From contig NC_068988.1 in the NCBI RefSeq assembly GCF_001194135.2, forward strand, positions 48,510,251 to 48,547,562: a stretch of DNA of 37,312 bases. Reading direction: 5' to 3'. The stretch is from Octopus bimaculoides (lineage: Eukaryota). Below the pieces are notes generated by a model. It did no database searches. It worked only from the letters and a program-made list of their open reading frames with translations, and was not told the origin of the DNA. The position numbers and the translations under genes are program-made. Below are positions 11,804 to 23,120 of the stretch, piece after piece; the first letter of the stretch is position 1, and every line of letters begins with the position of its first letter.

Positions 11804-12466
11804 CTTGCATATACACACATATATATTACTTAAAAACCATCCTTTTCTCTCTGGGACTACATAGTGAGTTGATGAATTGGCACAACCATTTTATATGAGT
11901 TAATATAGACATGTCAAGACATTAATCGAATTATGTTTATATTAATAATAAAGATATGTCAATATTGTGTTAAATACATGTAAATACATTAATACAAACA
12001 TTTTAATACGTTCATATAATCATGCTAATATATTTATACATAGCTATTTATACATTAATACGGCAAGTGTTAATGAGATTGTAATATTCTAATAAAAGGA
12101 TATTATAACATTACTTCATCTTCAGTCGTAACAAGAATATAGAGGCGACAATTGAAGGGGTGTATCTTTCAGCGTATTTGTAAGATAGCAAAAGATGTGC
12201 AAACAGGAAAGCGAGCTACAATATGAGTTCAAGAAACCTCAATATTCTATGGTAACGTCAGTATCTTTTGACATGGCTAAATCAATGTAGTTTATACTTA
12301 CCAGCTGAAGAACGTAACTTGAAATTGAAATATCGTTTTCGAGTTTCAAAGTTAGTGACGGGGAGAATGACAGTTGCAACTATATTCTGTGCGTATACAA
12401 CTGTATTACTGTATAAATAAACATATACGAAGTCTGCATTGAATTCATGCTAATATTAGAGGAATA

Positions 12467-12650
12467 TAAGGCGGCGTTACAATGCTGAGCAGCATTTCAT
12501 CCATCCTTGCGTTCTCATTTCAAAATGCTTGTTATTCTTTCAGGGTTGAAAAAAGAAATACCATTTGAGTTCTGGTGCTGATGTAATTGAATATCTACTT
12601 CGCCTGATATTGCTGTTATTATACCAAACTTTGAAACCAATATTATAGGA
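12467..12650 (+). mobile_element. Degenerate, deleted SINE family 2 copy
   Basis: AAGGCGGCG head, GCATTTCATCC, GAGTTCTGGTGCTGATGTAATTGA, CCAAACTTTGAAACCAAT end. Confidence 0.6.
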
Positions 12651-12699
12651 ATATTGTCTTCACTTGTACATCAATCAAAACGATGATGACATAGATATG

Positions 12700-13057
12700 A
12701 GATGCCATGACTTTGGTTTAAATCAAAGTGAGTTTTACAATCCCAGCTTCATGCAACGTCCGTCCTGATCCAAGGATAAACGTGGCCAAGACTATAAAAG
12801 ATAGTTCAGGATGAAGCGGATGCTCATATTTCTTAAATGTCTCGTCGGACTTTCATTCCACGAAACTTTCTGAAAGAAGCTTCTTGACAGTCGAGTCCAC
12901 TATTATATCCACAATGCCGAAACTGATTTTCATGTTTCGAAAGAAGCATCCTTGATATACATAGACCACCATTACATGGTCTATTCTGACTGCCAAAGCA
13001 TTTTGTAGATGGATAGCCGCTGTGCATGCTGAGCTTTCTAGGATTCAATGGAAATAA
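12700..13057 (-). mobile_element. LINE reverse transcriptase relic (RTE/CR1-like)
   Basis: One minus frame reads AVRIDHVMVVYVYQGC...GIVDII...EAGIVKLTLI*TKVM, resembling A.VRI...GVRQGC and GL.IN..KTKVM, with internal stops. It may continue to ~12300. Confidence 0.6.
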
Positions 13058-14333
13058 CTGAATTGCAGAAAGAAGACTTCATTTAAGTGTCGTTGTTGAA
13101 ATACAAATAACTCAACAGATGTGCTAACAATCTTTCTACCTCAAACATTAAGCATAATGCTGTCTTAATACTTTATTAATTGTATGCTACATTCTGATTT
13201 CAAATCCCACCAGGTTTAACTTTGCATGATCTTGCCTTTTTAAATAATCAAGTACCCAGCAAGTACTAAGTTTTGTTTAATCAGCTGTACCAATTTTTTC
13301 TCCTAAATGTGTATCCTTATATCTACCTCAAATATAATATAATATGTTTATAAAATTATACAGTCATGCTAATGTATGAACAAAATACATGCTAATACAT
13401 TATTAAAATGTCATGTTAATATTACGCAATTAAATACATGTTAATACTAGCGTATTAGAGAAATGTTAATACGGTAATTGAAAATACAAACACAATATTT
13501 CAATTTGATTTCCAACTTTGATATAAAGGTTTCCATTTGCTTTAGAAATTGTCAGATAATTTCAAATATTTATTTCGTTGCGATTATACATACATACATA
13601 CGCGCAATTACACTCATGCATTTATGTATGTATGTATGCTATGTATGTATGTATGTATGCATACATGCATGTATTTATACCTACATGCATGCGTGTATCT
13701 ATGATATACGTGTAAGCTTTTAATCTCCAATTGATAGCAGAGTAAATAACTATAATTTGATATTTCTGCTGTGTGTATATACTCTTTCTGTTTCCTCTGT
13801 TTCAACCGTTTCCTTTTCCTTTTCTCTCCCCACCTCTCTCTCTCTCTCTTTATCTAGCCATCAGTCTATCTGCTTACCTATCTATCTTTCTCTTTGTCTC
13901 TGTCTCTTGCATAACACACATATACATGAGTTTCTTTTTTTAATTTTAACTTGCTTGTGTTTAGCAAAAGCTGTAATAGGAAATTCAGCGTTTGATTAAA
14001 TACGCTAAGTAATAAATCTCACATACACACATATATGTGTGCATGCGTGCATATATGTATGTATATGTATGTGCATGTATGTGTATGTGTGCTTTCTTGT
14101 GTCTAAGAGCGAGTTTGCGTTCGCGATACATGAATATATATATAGTTGATAGATGAGATCCAAATATTCTTCGTATAGAATACACATAGTAATGCTCAAT
14201 ATATTTAAACTTGAGCGGGTATAGGTGTAAATGTAGGGAAAGCTATTCAGTCAGATAAATATATAAAGTATATTGAATACATGAAGTACAAAAAAAAGTA
14301 TATATATAAACATATAAAAAAAGTCCGACTCAC

Positions 14334-14483
14334 ATCGAATAGAAATGATGTAGAGAATTAAAGGAGATGAGGAAAAATATTACAAACCCAACAGCTGTTT
14401 CCAGGTGCTCGGTGGTCCATAATAATATTTGTCGATTGATTCCACCATAGAATGAGATGAGCCTCCGGCTTCAGGGAAGAAAT
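14334..14483 (-). mobile_element. RTE-like ORF2 C-terminal relic
   Basis: P*SRRLISFYG..INRQILLWTTEH resembles RRLRFAGH...LLLW.P.HG of RTE C-termini; short and degraded. Confidence 0.4.
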
Positions 14484-14530
14484 CTGTGAAGAAAGAAGTT
14501 CAAAGACGGAATCATTGTTTTCCCTACATT

Positions 14531-14532
<2 letters not shown>

Positions 14533-14577
<45 letters not shown>

Positions 14578-14593
14578 ATATATATATATATAA

Positions 14594-14626
<33 letters not shown>

Positions 14627-14765
14627 AAGAGAGAGAGAGAAAGAGAGAGAGAGAAAGAGAGAGAGAGATGGAGTGGAGAGGGGGATGGAGGTAGAGAGAG
14701 AGGGAGATGGAGGTAGAGGGAGAGGGGAATGTGGGAGAGAGAGAGAGAGAGAGGGGGGGAGAGAG
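14533..14765. repeat. (CT)n, (TA)n, (GA)n compound microsatellite with purine tract
   Basis: Read directly. Confidence 0.95.
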
Positions 14766-15363
14766 AATATCCATGTTTCAGTGCCTGAGCATTCGTGAGT
14801 AAATGTTCACACATATTCTCGCTTTTTAAATTTTACATTAAAAATTACAATTCAAAATGTTATAATGAATTATGAAGAAATAGAAAGGTTGCTATATCAT
14901 CTCACATGTTTATCGTTATACATATTAAATAAAATCTCTCTTCGGAGATTACACTGTAAAATCTTCAGCCATTAGTTATCACTTGTAAATAAACTTTCGC
15001 ATTTAAATATGTCTCGGTGCGTAATATGGCATCAATGAGCATCGCATAACTATAGCATTTAATTTGGCGAAAGGGAGAGCAGTTTTATTTGTCACACCAG
15101 ATAAGCAATAACTAACTATGTTTTCATTCTGCCCATAATAAAGGATAGAGAGATAAAGTAATAGATGCCGGGTTTCAAAAATCCCAATGGGATATTTCTA
15201 CATTTTGTAGTTAGTTATGAACGGAGATGTTTATGGCCATGGAAGCTATATCACTGTCGAGAGGAGGTCATTATGAATGTTGAAGCTTATATCCGAGTGT
15301 TGCGAAATCTATCCAGATATGATTATGTAAACTTCATATAAGATCTTCCTTGTACAAGGGTCA

Positions 15364-15451
15364 CCATTACCTAGATGAAAAATAAATCACCAGAAGTCTT
15401 GTACCATGTTTTGTTTTTTTGAGGCTCAAGACTTTTCAGAAGCCCCTCGTA
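15364..15451 (+). mobile_element. Mariner-derived MITE, 3' end
   Basis: Ends ...ACTTTTCAGAAGCCCCTCGTA, matching the TIR of the copies at 20311 and 24004; followed by (TA)n. Confidence 0.65.
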
Positions 15452-15484
<33 letters not shown>

Positions 15485-15941
15485 NNNNNNNNNNNNNNNN
15501 NNNNNNNNNNNNNNNNNNNNNNNNNNNNNNNNNNNNNNNNNNNNNNNNNNNNNNNNNNNNNNNNNNNNNNNNNNNNNNNNNNNNNNNNNNNNNNNNNNNN
15601 NNNNNNNNNNNNNNNNNNNNNNNNNNNNNNNNNNNNNNNNNNNNNNNNNNNNNNNNNNNNNNNNNNNNNNNNNNNNNNNNNNNNNNNNNNNNNNNNNNNN
15701 NNNNNNNNNNNNNNNNNNNNNNNNNNNNNNNNNNNNNNNNNNNNNNNNNNNNNNNNNNNNNNNNNNNNNNNNNNNNNNNNNNNNNNNNNNNNNNNNNNNN
15801 NNNNNNNNNNNNNNNNNNNNNNNNNNNNNNNNNNNNNNNNNNNNNNNNNNNNNNNNNNNNNNNNNNNNNNNNNNNNNNNNNNNNNNNNNNNNNNNNNNNN
15901 NNNNNNNNNNNNNNNNNNNNNNNNNNNNNNNNNNNNNNNNN
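15485..15941. other. Assembly gap (N)
   Basis: Run of N between (TA)n and (GA)n. Confidence 0.99.
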
Positions 15942-15946
15942 AGAGA

Positions 15947-16157
15947 GAGGTGGAGTGCTGTAAAGTCCTTGGCTTTGTGTAAAAGAAAATGCAAGAGGAT
16001 CAGTTCATTATGATTTTATTCAACATATTCCCCTTTCAGATTCACACTTTTACTGCAGCGACCTTAAGTCTTTCTAAGAACTCGGAGGGTTTGGCCTCCA
16101 ACCAGGCCTTTCGTGATGCCCTTAAGGTTTGGAACTGTTCAGCACCCCTCATTTGTA
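15947..16157 (-). mobile_element. Mariner-derived MITE (~210 bp)
   Basis: Reverse complement GAGGGGTGCTGAACAGTTCC...AAGGCCTGGTTGGAGGCC...GAATATGTTGAATAAAATC...CAAAGCCAAGGACTTTACAGCACTCC aligns with 20311-20528. Confidence 0.85.
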
Positions 16158-16370
16158 CTTCATTACGTAAAAGAATGGCGTATATATATATTTTAACATA
16201 TATTATCTTTCAATCACAGATAAATTTAATATGTTTTATCTTTAAATCACATATATCACTCAAAGGCCGAGAATATTGTGCGTGTCACTTTGTAACACTT
16301 TCCATGGTATTTTCATATGCCGTTTATGGTGTTCCTGGAGGAAATAATTTTAGTGAGAAATCTCAAAGTT

Positions 16371-16440
16371 CATATCTGTCACATATAACATACTGTCACA
16401 TATATCTGTCACATATATCTGTCACATATATCATACTGAC
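16371..16440. repeat. 13-bp minisatellite (ATCTGTCACATAT) x ~4
   Basis: Read directly. Confidence 0.85.
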
Positions 16441-17239
16441 TTATCTGCATGGGACAAAACAAAGACACCATTGAGCATTGCAAGATTTTAACAACGAATC
16501 CAGTTCTGAATAAACCAATAGTTTGCCATATCTACAAGTTGAATATTTCTCAAATGAATTACAGAAATATTAATGGAAAAAAGTAGTTAAAAACTGCAAA
16601 ATGTGACAGTAATTTATTTCGAACATTAGCATTAAAATATAACAGTAACAGCGATAATGAAGTTTTATCTAAGATATATTTCATTGTTTCTCGTATTTCG
16701 AGTTAAAATTCCTTTTCAATATTTTAAGGAAAGAAAAAGTGAGAAGAAAAAGTGTTTAATTTGTTGGTGTATGAGATCCTTTATGCATGTTAACAATCTA
16801 GACTGTTAATTTATCTGTCGCCTTCAATAATATGCTGATATATTATATGTGTTTGTGTGCTTGTAGATACGTGTGTGTGTGTGCTTGTGTGTGTATGTTT
16901 GTTGTGTGTGTTTGAGTGTGTCTGCGTGCATATGTGCGTGCGTGTATGCATGTATGAATATATACATTTTCCAATGCTTCAACAAATATCACTTTTCTAA
17001 AAGCATTAAGATCCTTTCATTTAAATATGTTTATTTACAAACAAGTAGCCTGGCAAACAGATATGCATTCACATATTTGAATGTACAAGCATATATATGT
17101 ACAAGCATAAATATGCATTCACAAATTTGCATGTATATACGTATGTATATTCTTACACACGTATATATGGTTATGGCTCATAAGTCACTGAAATAACATT
17201 GTGAAACAAAGGACTCAATAATTCTATTATGAGAGCGGA

Positions 17240-17271
<32 letters not shown>

Positions 17272-17563
17272 GCAGAGAGAGAGAAGGAGAGAGAGAGAGA
17301 TAATGATTGAAATGAATTCGACTATTTGGGCTAGATATAAAAAGTATACATACATTTATACATGTAAACAGAGACAAAGACTGAAGACACACAGGCAATG
17401 GACATTCATGTATAAATACATGGATACATATTAACAGAGCAGATTTAGACGGAGTACAAATGCACTGAAAACTAAAGGGAAAGCGTAAGGAATTTCAGAT
17501 CCGATGGCTGTTTCTAGAGGCTCGGGATCATGTAATAATGTTGGCAGATGCAGTTCGCAAAAC

Positions 17564-18283
17564 NNNNNNNNNNNNNNNNNNNNNNNNNNNNNNNNNNNNN
17601 NNNNNNNNNNNNNNNNNNNNNNNNNNNNNNNNNNNNNNNNNNNNNNNNNNNNNNNNNNNNNNNNNNNNNNNNNNNNNNNNNNNNNNNNNNNNNNNNNNNN
17701 NNNNNNNNNNNNNNNNNNNNNNNNNNNNNNNNNNNNNNNNNNNNNNNNNNNNNNNNNNNNNNNNNNNNNNNNNNNNNNNNNNNNNNNNNNNNNNNNNNNN
17801 NNNNNNNNNNNNNNNNNNNNNNNNNNNNNNNNNNNNNNNNNNNNNNNNNNNNNNNNNNNNNNNNNNNNNNNNNNNNNNNNNNNNNNNNNNNNNNNNNNNN
17901 NNNNNNNNNNNNNNNNNNNNNNNNNNNNNNNNNNNNNNNNNNNNNNNNNNNNNNNNNNNNNNNNNNNNNNNNNNNNNNNNNNNNNNNNNNNNNNNNNNNN
18001 NNNNNNNNNNNNNNNNNNNNNNNNNNNNNNNNNNNNNNNNNNNNNNNNNNNNNNNNNNNNNNNNNNNNNNNNNNNNNNNNNNNNNNNNNNNNNNNNNNNN
18101 NNNNNNNNNNNNNNNNNNNNNNNNNNNNNNNNNNNNNNNNNNNNNNNNNNNNNNNNNNNNNNNNNNNNNNNNNNNNNNNNNNNNNNNNNNNNNNNNNNNN
18201 NNNNNNNNNNNNNNNNNNNNNNNNNNNNNNNNNNNNNNNNNNNNNNNNNNNNNNNNNNNNNNNNNNNNNNNNNNNNNNNNNNN
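17564..18283. other. Assembly gap (N)
   Basis: Run of N; the left flank is non-repetitive sequence. Confidence 0.99.
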
Positions 18284-18411
18284 ATGTATATATACATATA
18301 TATATGTATATATATATTCTTATGCACATATATACACAAACATAAATATATATCTACTTATCTATCTATATACAGACATATATGTATATATATTTATCTT
18401 TATAAATATAC

Positions 18412-18456
<45 letters not shown>

Positions 18457-19295
18457 GAGAGAGATAGAGACAAGTATACTAACAAATATACATGTATGCA
18501 TATGAATACACACATATTCACTTCAAGATTCTCACAGAAGAAACTCAAACAGTTGTATATATGCACAAACATGTATACATTCACAACCATATATTTAATC
18601 AAAACACAACATTCCAACACAGACTTCATGCAACGAAGCATGCGCATATACAAAAACATTTATGAAGCAGATACATATTTTTATACACATAAATACACAC
18701 ATACGAACGCAAAAACACACGCACACAAACGGAAAAACACATTGATATATAATCATAGTATATTTAGTATACGTATGTACGGAACTAACTTACACATTCT
18801 GTTCAATACGTAGCACTTTCCGCTAAATATGTACACGAAGCAATATTACAAAGCATTAGAGAGAAGAACGGTAGCAAATATAAATGTGCGCGAGTATCCA
18901 AACACACAGACATCTATGCGAAGAGGCCAAAATAACTTTTAGTATTTGCCAGTTCAAAAGTCAAGAATATTCATAGAAATATTGACTGGCAAAATACAAA
19001 GGTTAGGGCTTCAATCTGATTCCAGATTTTTCATCAGCTGCAAACATGAGTCCGCAAATCTTGATTCCATGTATATAGAGCGGTGTGCGAATGTTACTGA
19101 CGATGATTTTGGGGGGGAAAGAAATATAATAATAATAATAATAATCTAAATAAATTATAGACACACACACACATGAGCATGTGTTTATGTTTGTATGTTT
19201 GTTTGTGTGCTTGCGAACGTGTGTGTGTGTGTGTATGCAAAAATTAAAGTGCATGAGTAACACACATACATACATACATATATATGCGTGTGCGC

Positions 19296-19326
<31 letters not shown>

Positions 19327-20310
19327 TGTGTATGCAAACGTAAATATAGATATCAACTCTCAACACGCATATATAACTATGCGCGCGAGCGTCTGTGCGT
19401 TTGTGTGCTCATACGTCTGTGTTCGTGTGTTTGTGTGTGTGTGCACCCAAGTCAATGTATATGTCTTTGTGTTTATTAAAACTGCTTAATGCAAATCTTA
19501 AAACACATCTATGAATATGCTCATATATATGTATACATACACACACAGACATTCACATACACAAACCCCTTAATGTATTCCATAAAGTCCATTACTGATG
19601 TGTACTAAATATGCCAAAATTACATTCTGACAAAGTCATCCACGTTCATATCATATACAATTATGTGTATCTACTTGCTCTGCAGGCAGTAGTGATATGT
19701 GAGTATGCTTACGTGTGTTCGCATGCATACGCGTGTCTGTGCTTCGACATAAGTTTACTCATTTCATTTATTTTTGAAAGGATAGTGAAATAATTAATTT
19801 TAATTCCCACTCTAAGACAAAATCCCCCAGAATATCAAATATTTCTCATATGTCTGGGAGTTATCTTCGCTAAAAATATATTCATCAGATAAAATATATA
19901 AATATTATAATCGGTAAAACATCATAGCTGTTCGACCCACAGATAATTTAGGGTCAAAACGTGAATGTAATTATAACGCTCCGTTACACTAGTTTTCCCA
20001 AAGCTGACTGCGATGTTGCTGTAATTTTATGCGTTCATTTATTTTTTAAATCAGTATTATTTGTTTTATATGACCTGATTAGTTTCAACCATTCTCATTA
20101 TCTGTTCAAGACCATCGCTAGTATTGAGATAGACATGACTAAGATCCGTATATTTTTCAGCCACTATCAGTTTTAAAATGTAGCTCGGTGAATGAAGAAA
20201 GATATTGTATAAATATTTGTATGAAACTGAACTCCGCCAAAGGCCTCTTGTCAATATCGTTGTATTAGAGCAACAACCAGAAAGTAGTGTGAAACACCTA
20301 CGTCATCATT

Positions 20311-20528
20311 TACGAAGAGGTGCTGAAAACTTCCTGGCTTTAAGGGTGTCGCAAAAGGCCTGGTTGGTGGCCCAACCATCTGAGTTCTTTTATAGGGCTT
20401 AGCAAAACTGAAGGACCGCTGTGATAAGTGCGTGCATCTGAAAGGGGAATATGTTGAATAAAATCAACTGATCCACCAGTATTTTTTTGTTTAATCCAAA
20501 GACATGAAATTGCTAGCACTCACTCGTT
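20311..20528 (+). mobile_element. Mariner-derived MITE (~215 bp)
   Basis: TIRs TACGAAGAGGTGCTGAAAACTTCC / GAAATTGCTAGCACTCACTCGT; internal AKLKDRCDKCVHLKGEYVE* resembles a mariner transposase C-terminus. Confidence 0.85.
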
Positions 20529-21007
20529 GACATTATGAGAACTGCACATCTTTAAATATCCATTATAACAACATATTATTGTATCATTTTTTTTCTTTTC
20601 GGAGAAATGTGGCGAATACTATCTCGTCCGAGACTGAAGACTTTTATGGGTTTTATATACAGGCAGTTTCTCGGTTGTTTTCAGTGTGGAAATGTTAGCC
20701 AACAGCTTAAATCTCATGCATGCTGAAAATTATGCAGAGAGAAAGTTTACTGGATGCTAGTCTGATTGCTTCCAAATGAAACTGGGGGCACTCGCGGATT
20801 ATGTGGAATTAAAATAAGAATATTGCATAATGTAATATTCTTTTGAACAGGCTAATACATATCCCACTCAAACAACATATCAGTAACGCTTATCTTTGTT
20901 TGTATGCAGATATCAAATATAAACATTGATTTATATATACGCAGATACACACGCACACATGCGTATGTATTTATCAACACACACACGCACACACCTGTAT
21001 ATATATA

Positions 21008-21239
21008 NNNNNNNNNNNNNNNNNNNNNNNNNNNNNNNNNNNNNNNNNNNNNNNNNNNNNNNNNNNNNNNNNNNNNNNNNNNNNNNNNNNNNNNNNNNNN
21101 NNNNNNNNNNNNNNNNNNNNNNNNNNNNNNNNNNNNNNNNNNNNNNNNNNNNNNNNNNNNNNNNNNNNNNNNNNNNNNNNNNNNNNNNNNNNNNNNNNNN
21201 NNNNNNNNNNNNNNNNNNNNNNNNNNNNNNNNNNNNNNN
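21008..21239. other. Assembly gap (N)
   Basis: Run of N; (TA)n on the left. Confidence 0.99.
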
Positions 21240-21339
21240 TTGTACATACACACACATACATATAGATAGATAGTTACATAGATGGATCGATGGATCGATA
21301 AAGAGACAAAAAGACGGACGGGTTTATGGCTGAATGGAC

Positions 21340-21340
21340 A

Positions 21341-21390
<50 letters not shown>

Positions 21391-21410
21391 CATATAGCTA
21401 GCTAGCTAGC

Positions 21411-21440
<30 letters not shown>
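21340..21440. repeat. (GGCA)n, (TAGC)n, (GATA)n compound microsatellite
   Basis: Read directly. Confidence 0.95.
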
Positions 21441-21441
<1 letters not shown>

Positions 21442-21776
21442 TCTACAATTGTATTCTTTGCTAATTAACAAAAAAAAATGCTTTACTGTCTGCTACCCAG
21501 ACAAATAATGCTGTACTAAATTAAATCGAGGATGCTGATTCCGAATCTGAACTCAGAAATGCTATAAGGACGTCAGGATTTTGAATTATGCGCGTAATTA
21601 TATATTAATACTATATTAGAATCTGGAATATTTAAGTTCAAGGTAAATAATTATTATAATAGTATATTAGTACTATATATAGTCAATTTATGTTCAAGGC
21701 AAATAGTATTATAATATAATGGTACATAGTATATTTATGTTAAGAGAGTACTCACTTTATTTTTAGTATGCTCAGC

Positions 21777-23120
21777 TCATAAATGTTTGAGACACTTGCT
21801 CTTGCGCTTATGTGTCGTTCTGGTCTCCCGTTGTAGGAACCAGCGCTAGTCACCCATCATTCGTGGATTGAACCGGCCTTGATACTCCGTTTCCATTTCA
21901 GATATGTCCTGATGGAACCTCTTACCATGCTCATCATTAACGGCACCAAGATTCGTTGATAAAAAATCGAGATGAGAATGCAAGAAGTGCATTTTAAGGG
22001 ACATTCGGCATCTTATTCTTTCATATATTGTTAGCATGTTGTTTATTAAATCAGTATAGTTTTCAACTCTATGATTTCCAAGAAAATTCTGTACAACTAA
22101 TACGAATAAATCCCATGGCGTCAGCTCAATTGGATTCAGTTTACCTCTAACTGGATTCAGTTTACCTCTGAATTTGCTATCTGGCATCAATTCTCTGATC
22201 TCGGGTCCAATGAAAATGCCTGCTTTCAGTTTTGCATTACTTTTATCTGCACCAAATTTCACTTTTAGGTACTGGAAGCCACAACCATCGTGTGTCATTG
22301 CTTTTACAAAGTTTTTCATGGGGCCGAGTTTGATGCGAAGGCTTAGAAGGAAGATCTTTTGCGGGTCTACCTGTGGTATATGCTGCACAATGTATCTACC
22401 AACTATGCGCTCATCTCTTTTACAGTGTAATGATTGCTGTTGTCGCAGCTGTTCCAAACACACAAGAAGCACGTATTTTTGGTATATCCCAGCTGCAGTC
22501 CTGGGAGGAGGGAAATCACCTTTAAATCACCACAAATATTCCCCTTATGAAGTGAGTAAGTAACTACTTTCAGAAAGAGTTCCATCGATTCATAAGTTTC
22601 TTCCAAACTGACAATATGAGCCACAGGAATGCAAGGTTTTCATTATCATTATGTAGCAACACAGTTTTGAGGCTAATCTTATTCAAGTCTATAAACAATC
22701 TCCATTTGTTAGCCACATGCACGTGTCCTAGTTTTTTATGAGTGCATTAGCGTCAGTACAGAAACGAGTATCATTTTTTTGCTTGAAAAAGACAGATAAG
22801 CCTTTATGGCGAGAATTAAAAGGGAAATTTTCGTACCTTCTTGTACGACATTCCCTTATTGTAGTTTGGATCTCAAAACTTCTGCTCTCTCTTTTGACAA
22901 TGGTATGTCTCTTGCTAAATCGTCCAAATTTTCATGATTAGATTAGTAATTCGTAGAGCCCATATCCCTCTTTCACACAATTACACGATAAATATTCATT
23001 AGAAACAAAATTAATCCTACCTCTTCATCTCATCTCATTTGGAAACTCGACATTTTGAAAGTGTGACCCAAGAAAACGGCACATCACTCACAGAAACTCT
23101 TCATATAGTAACTTAGCATG
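21777..23120 (-). pseudogene. Chapaev3-like (CMC superfamily) transposase pseudogene
   Basis: Collinear motifs: DDLARDIPLSKERAEVLRSKL, WRLFID..KISLKTVLLHN, ICGDLKVISLLPGLQLGYTK..CFLCVW, RIKLGPMKNFVKAM, GIFIGPEIREL, NFLGN, MSLKMHFLHSHLDF...NLGAVNDEHGKRFHQDI..ME..YQGR..MMGD. There are frameshifts and stops, and a possible FC..C N-terminal remnant near 23090. Family name recalled from these motifs. Confidence 0.85.

Noticed and set aside
10900-14430. Neuropeptide-precursor-like reading (hydrophobic stretch...VYA-Q...RKR-YFNFKLRSSA-GKR)
   Set aside because: It needs a CTG start and hits a TGA soon after GKR, and it is built from probable LINE relics. Kept only as a possible non-coding exonised transcript.
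9700-14483. Multi-exon minus-strand gene with UGA recoding (selenoprotein-like or TGA-to-TGG editing), since long frames contain TGA but almost no TAA/TAG
   Set aside because: Segments at 9700-11120 are antisense to a plus-strand RTE relic in the register that shares third codon positions, which depletes TAA/TAG. The 12700-13057 and 14334-14483 segments are themselves RT-like relics. There is no in-frame ATG in the first unit, no SECIS was recognised, and no known protein family matches.
18940-19000. Imperfect hairpin GTATTTGCCAGT...ACTGGCAAAATAC, and a nearby LMFAADE motif on the minus strand
   Set aside because: Too short and isolated to separate from chance.
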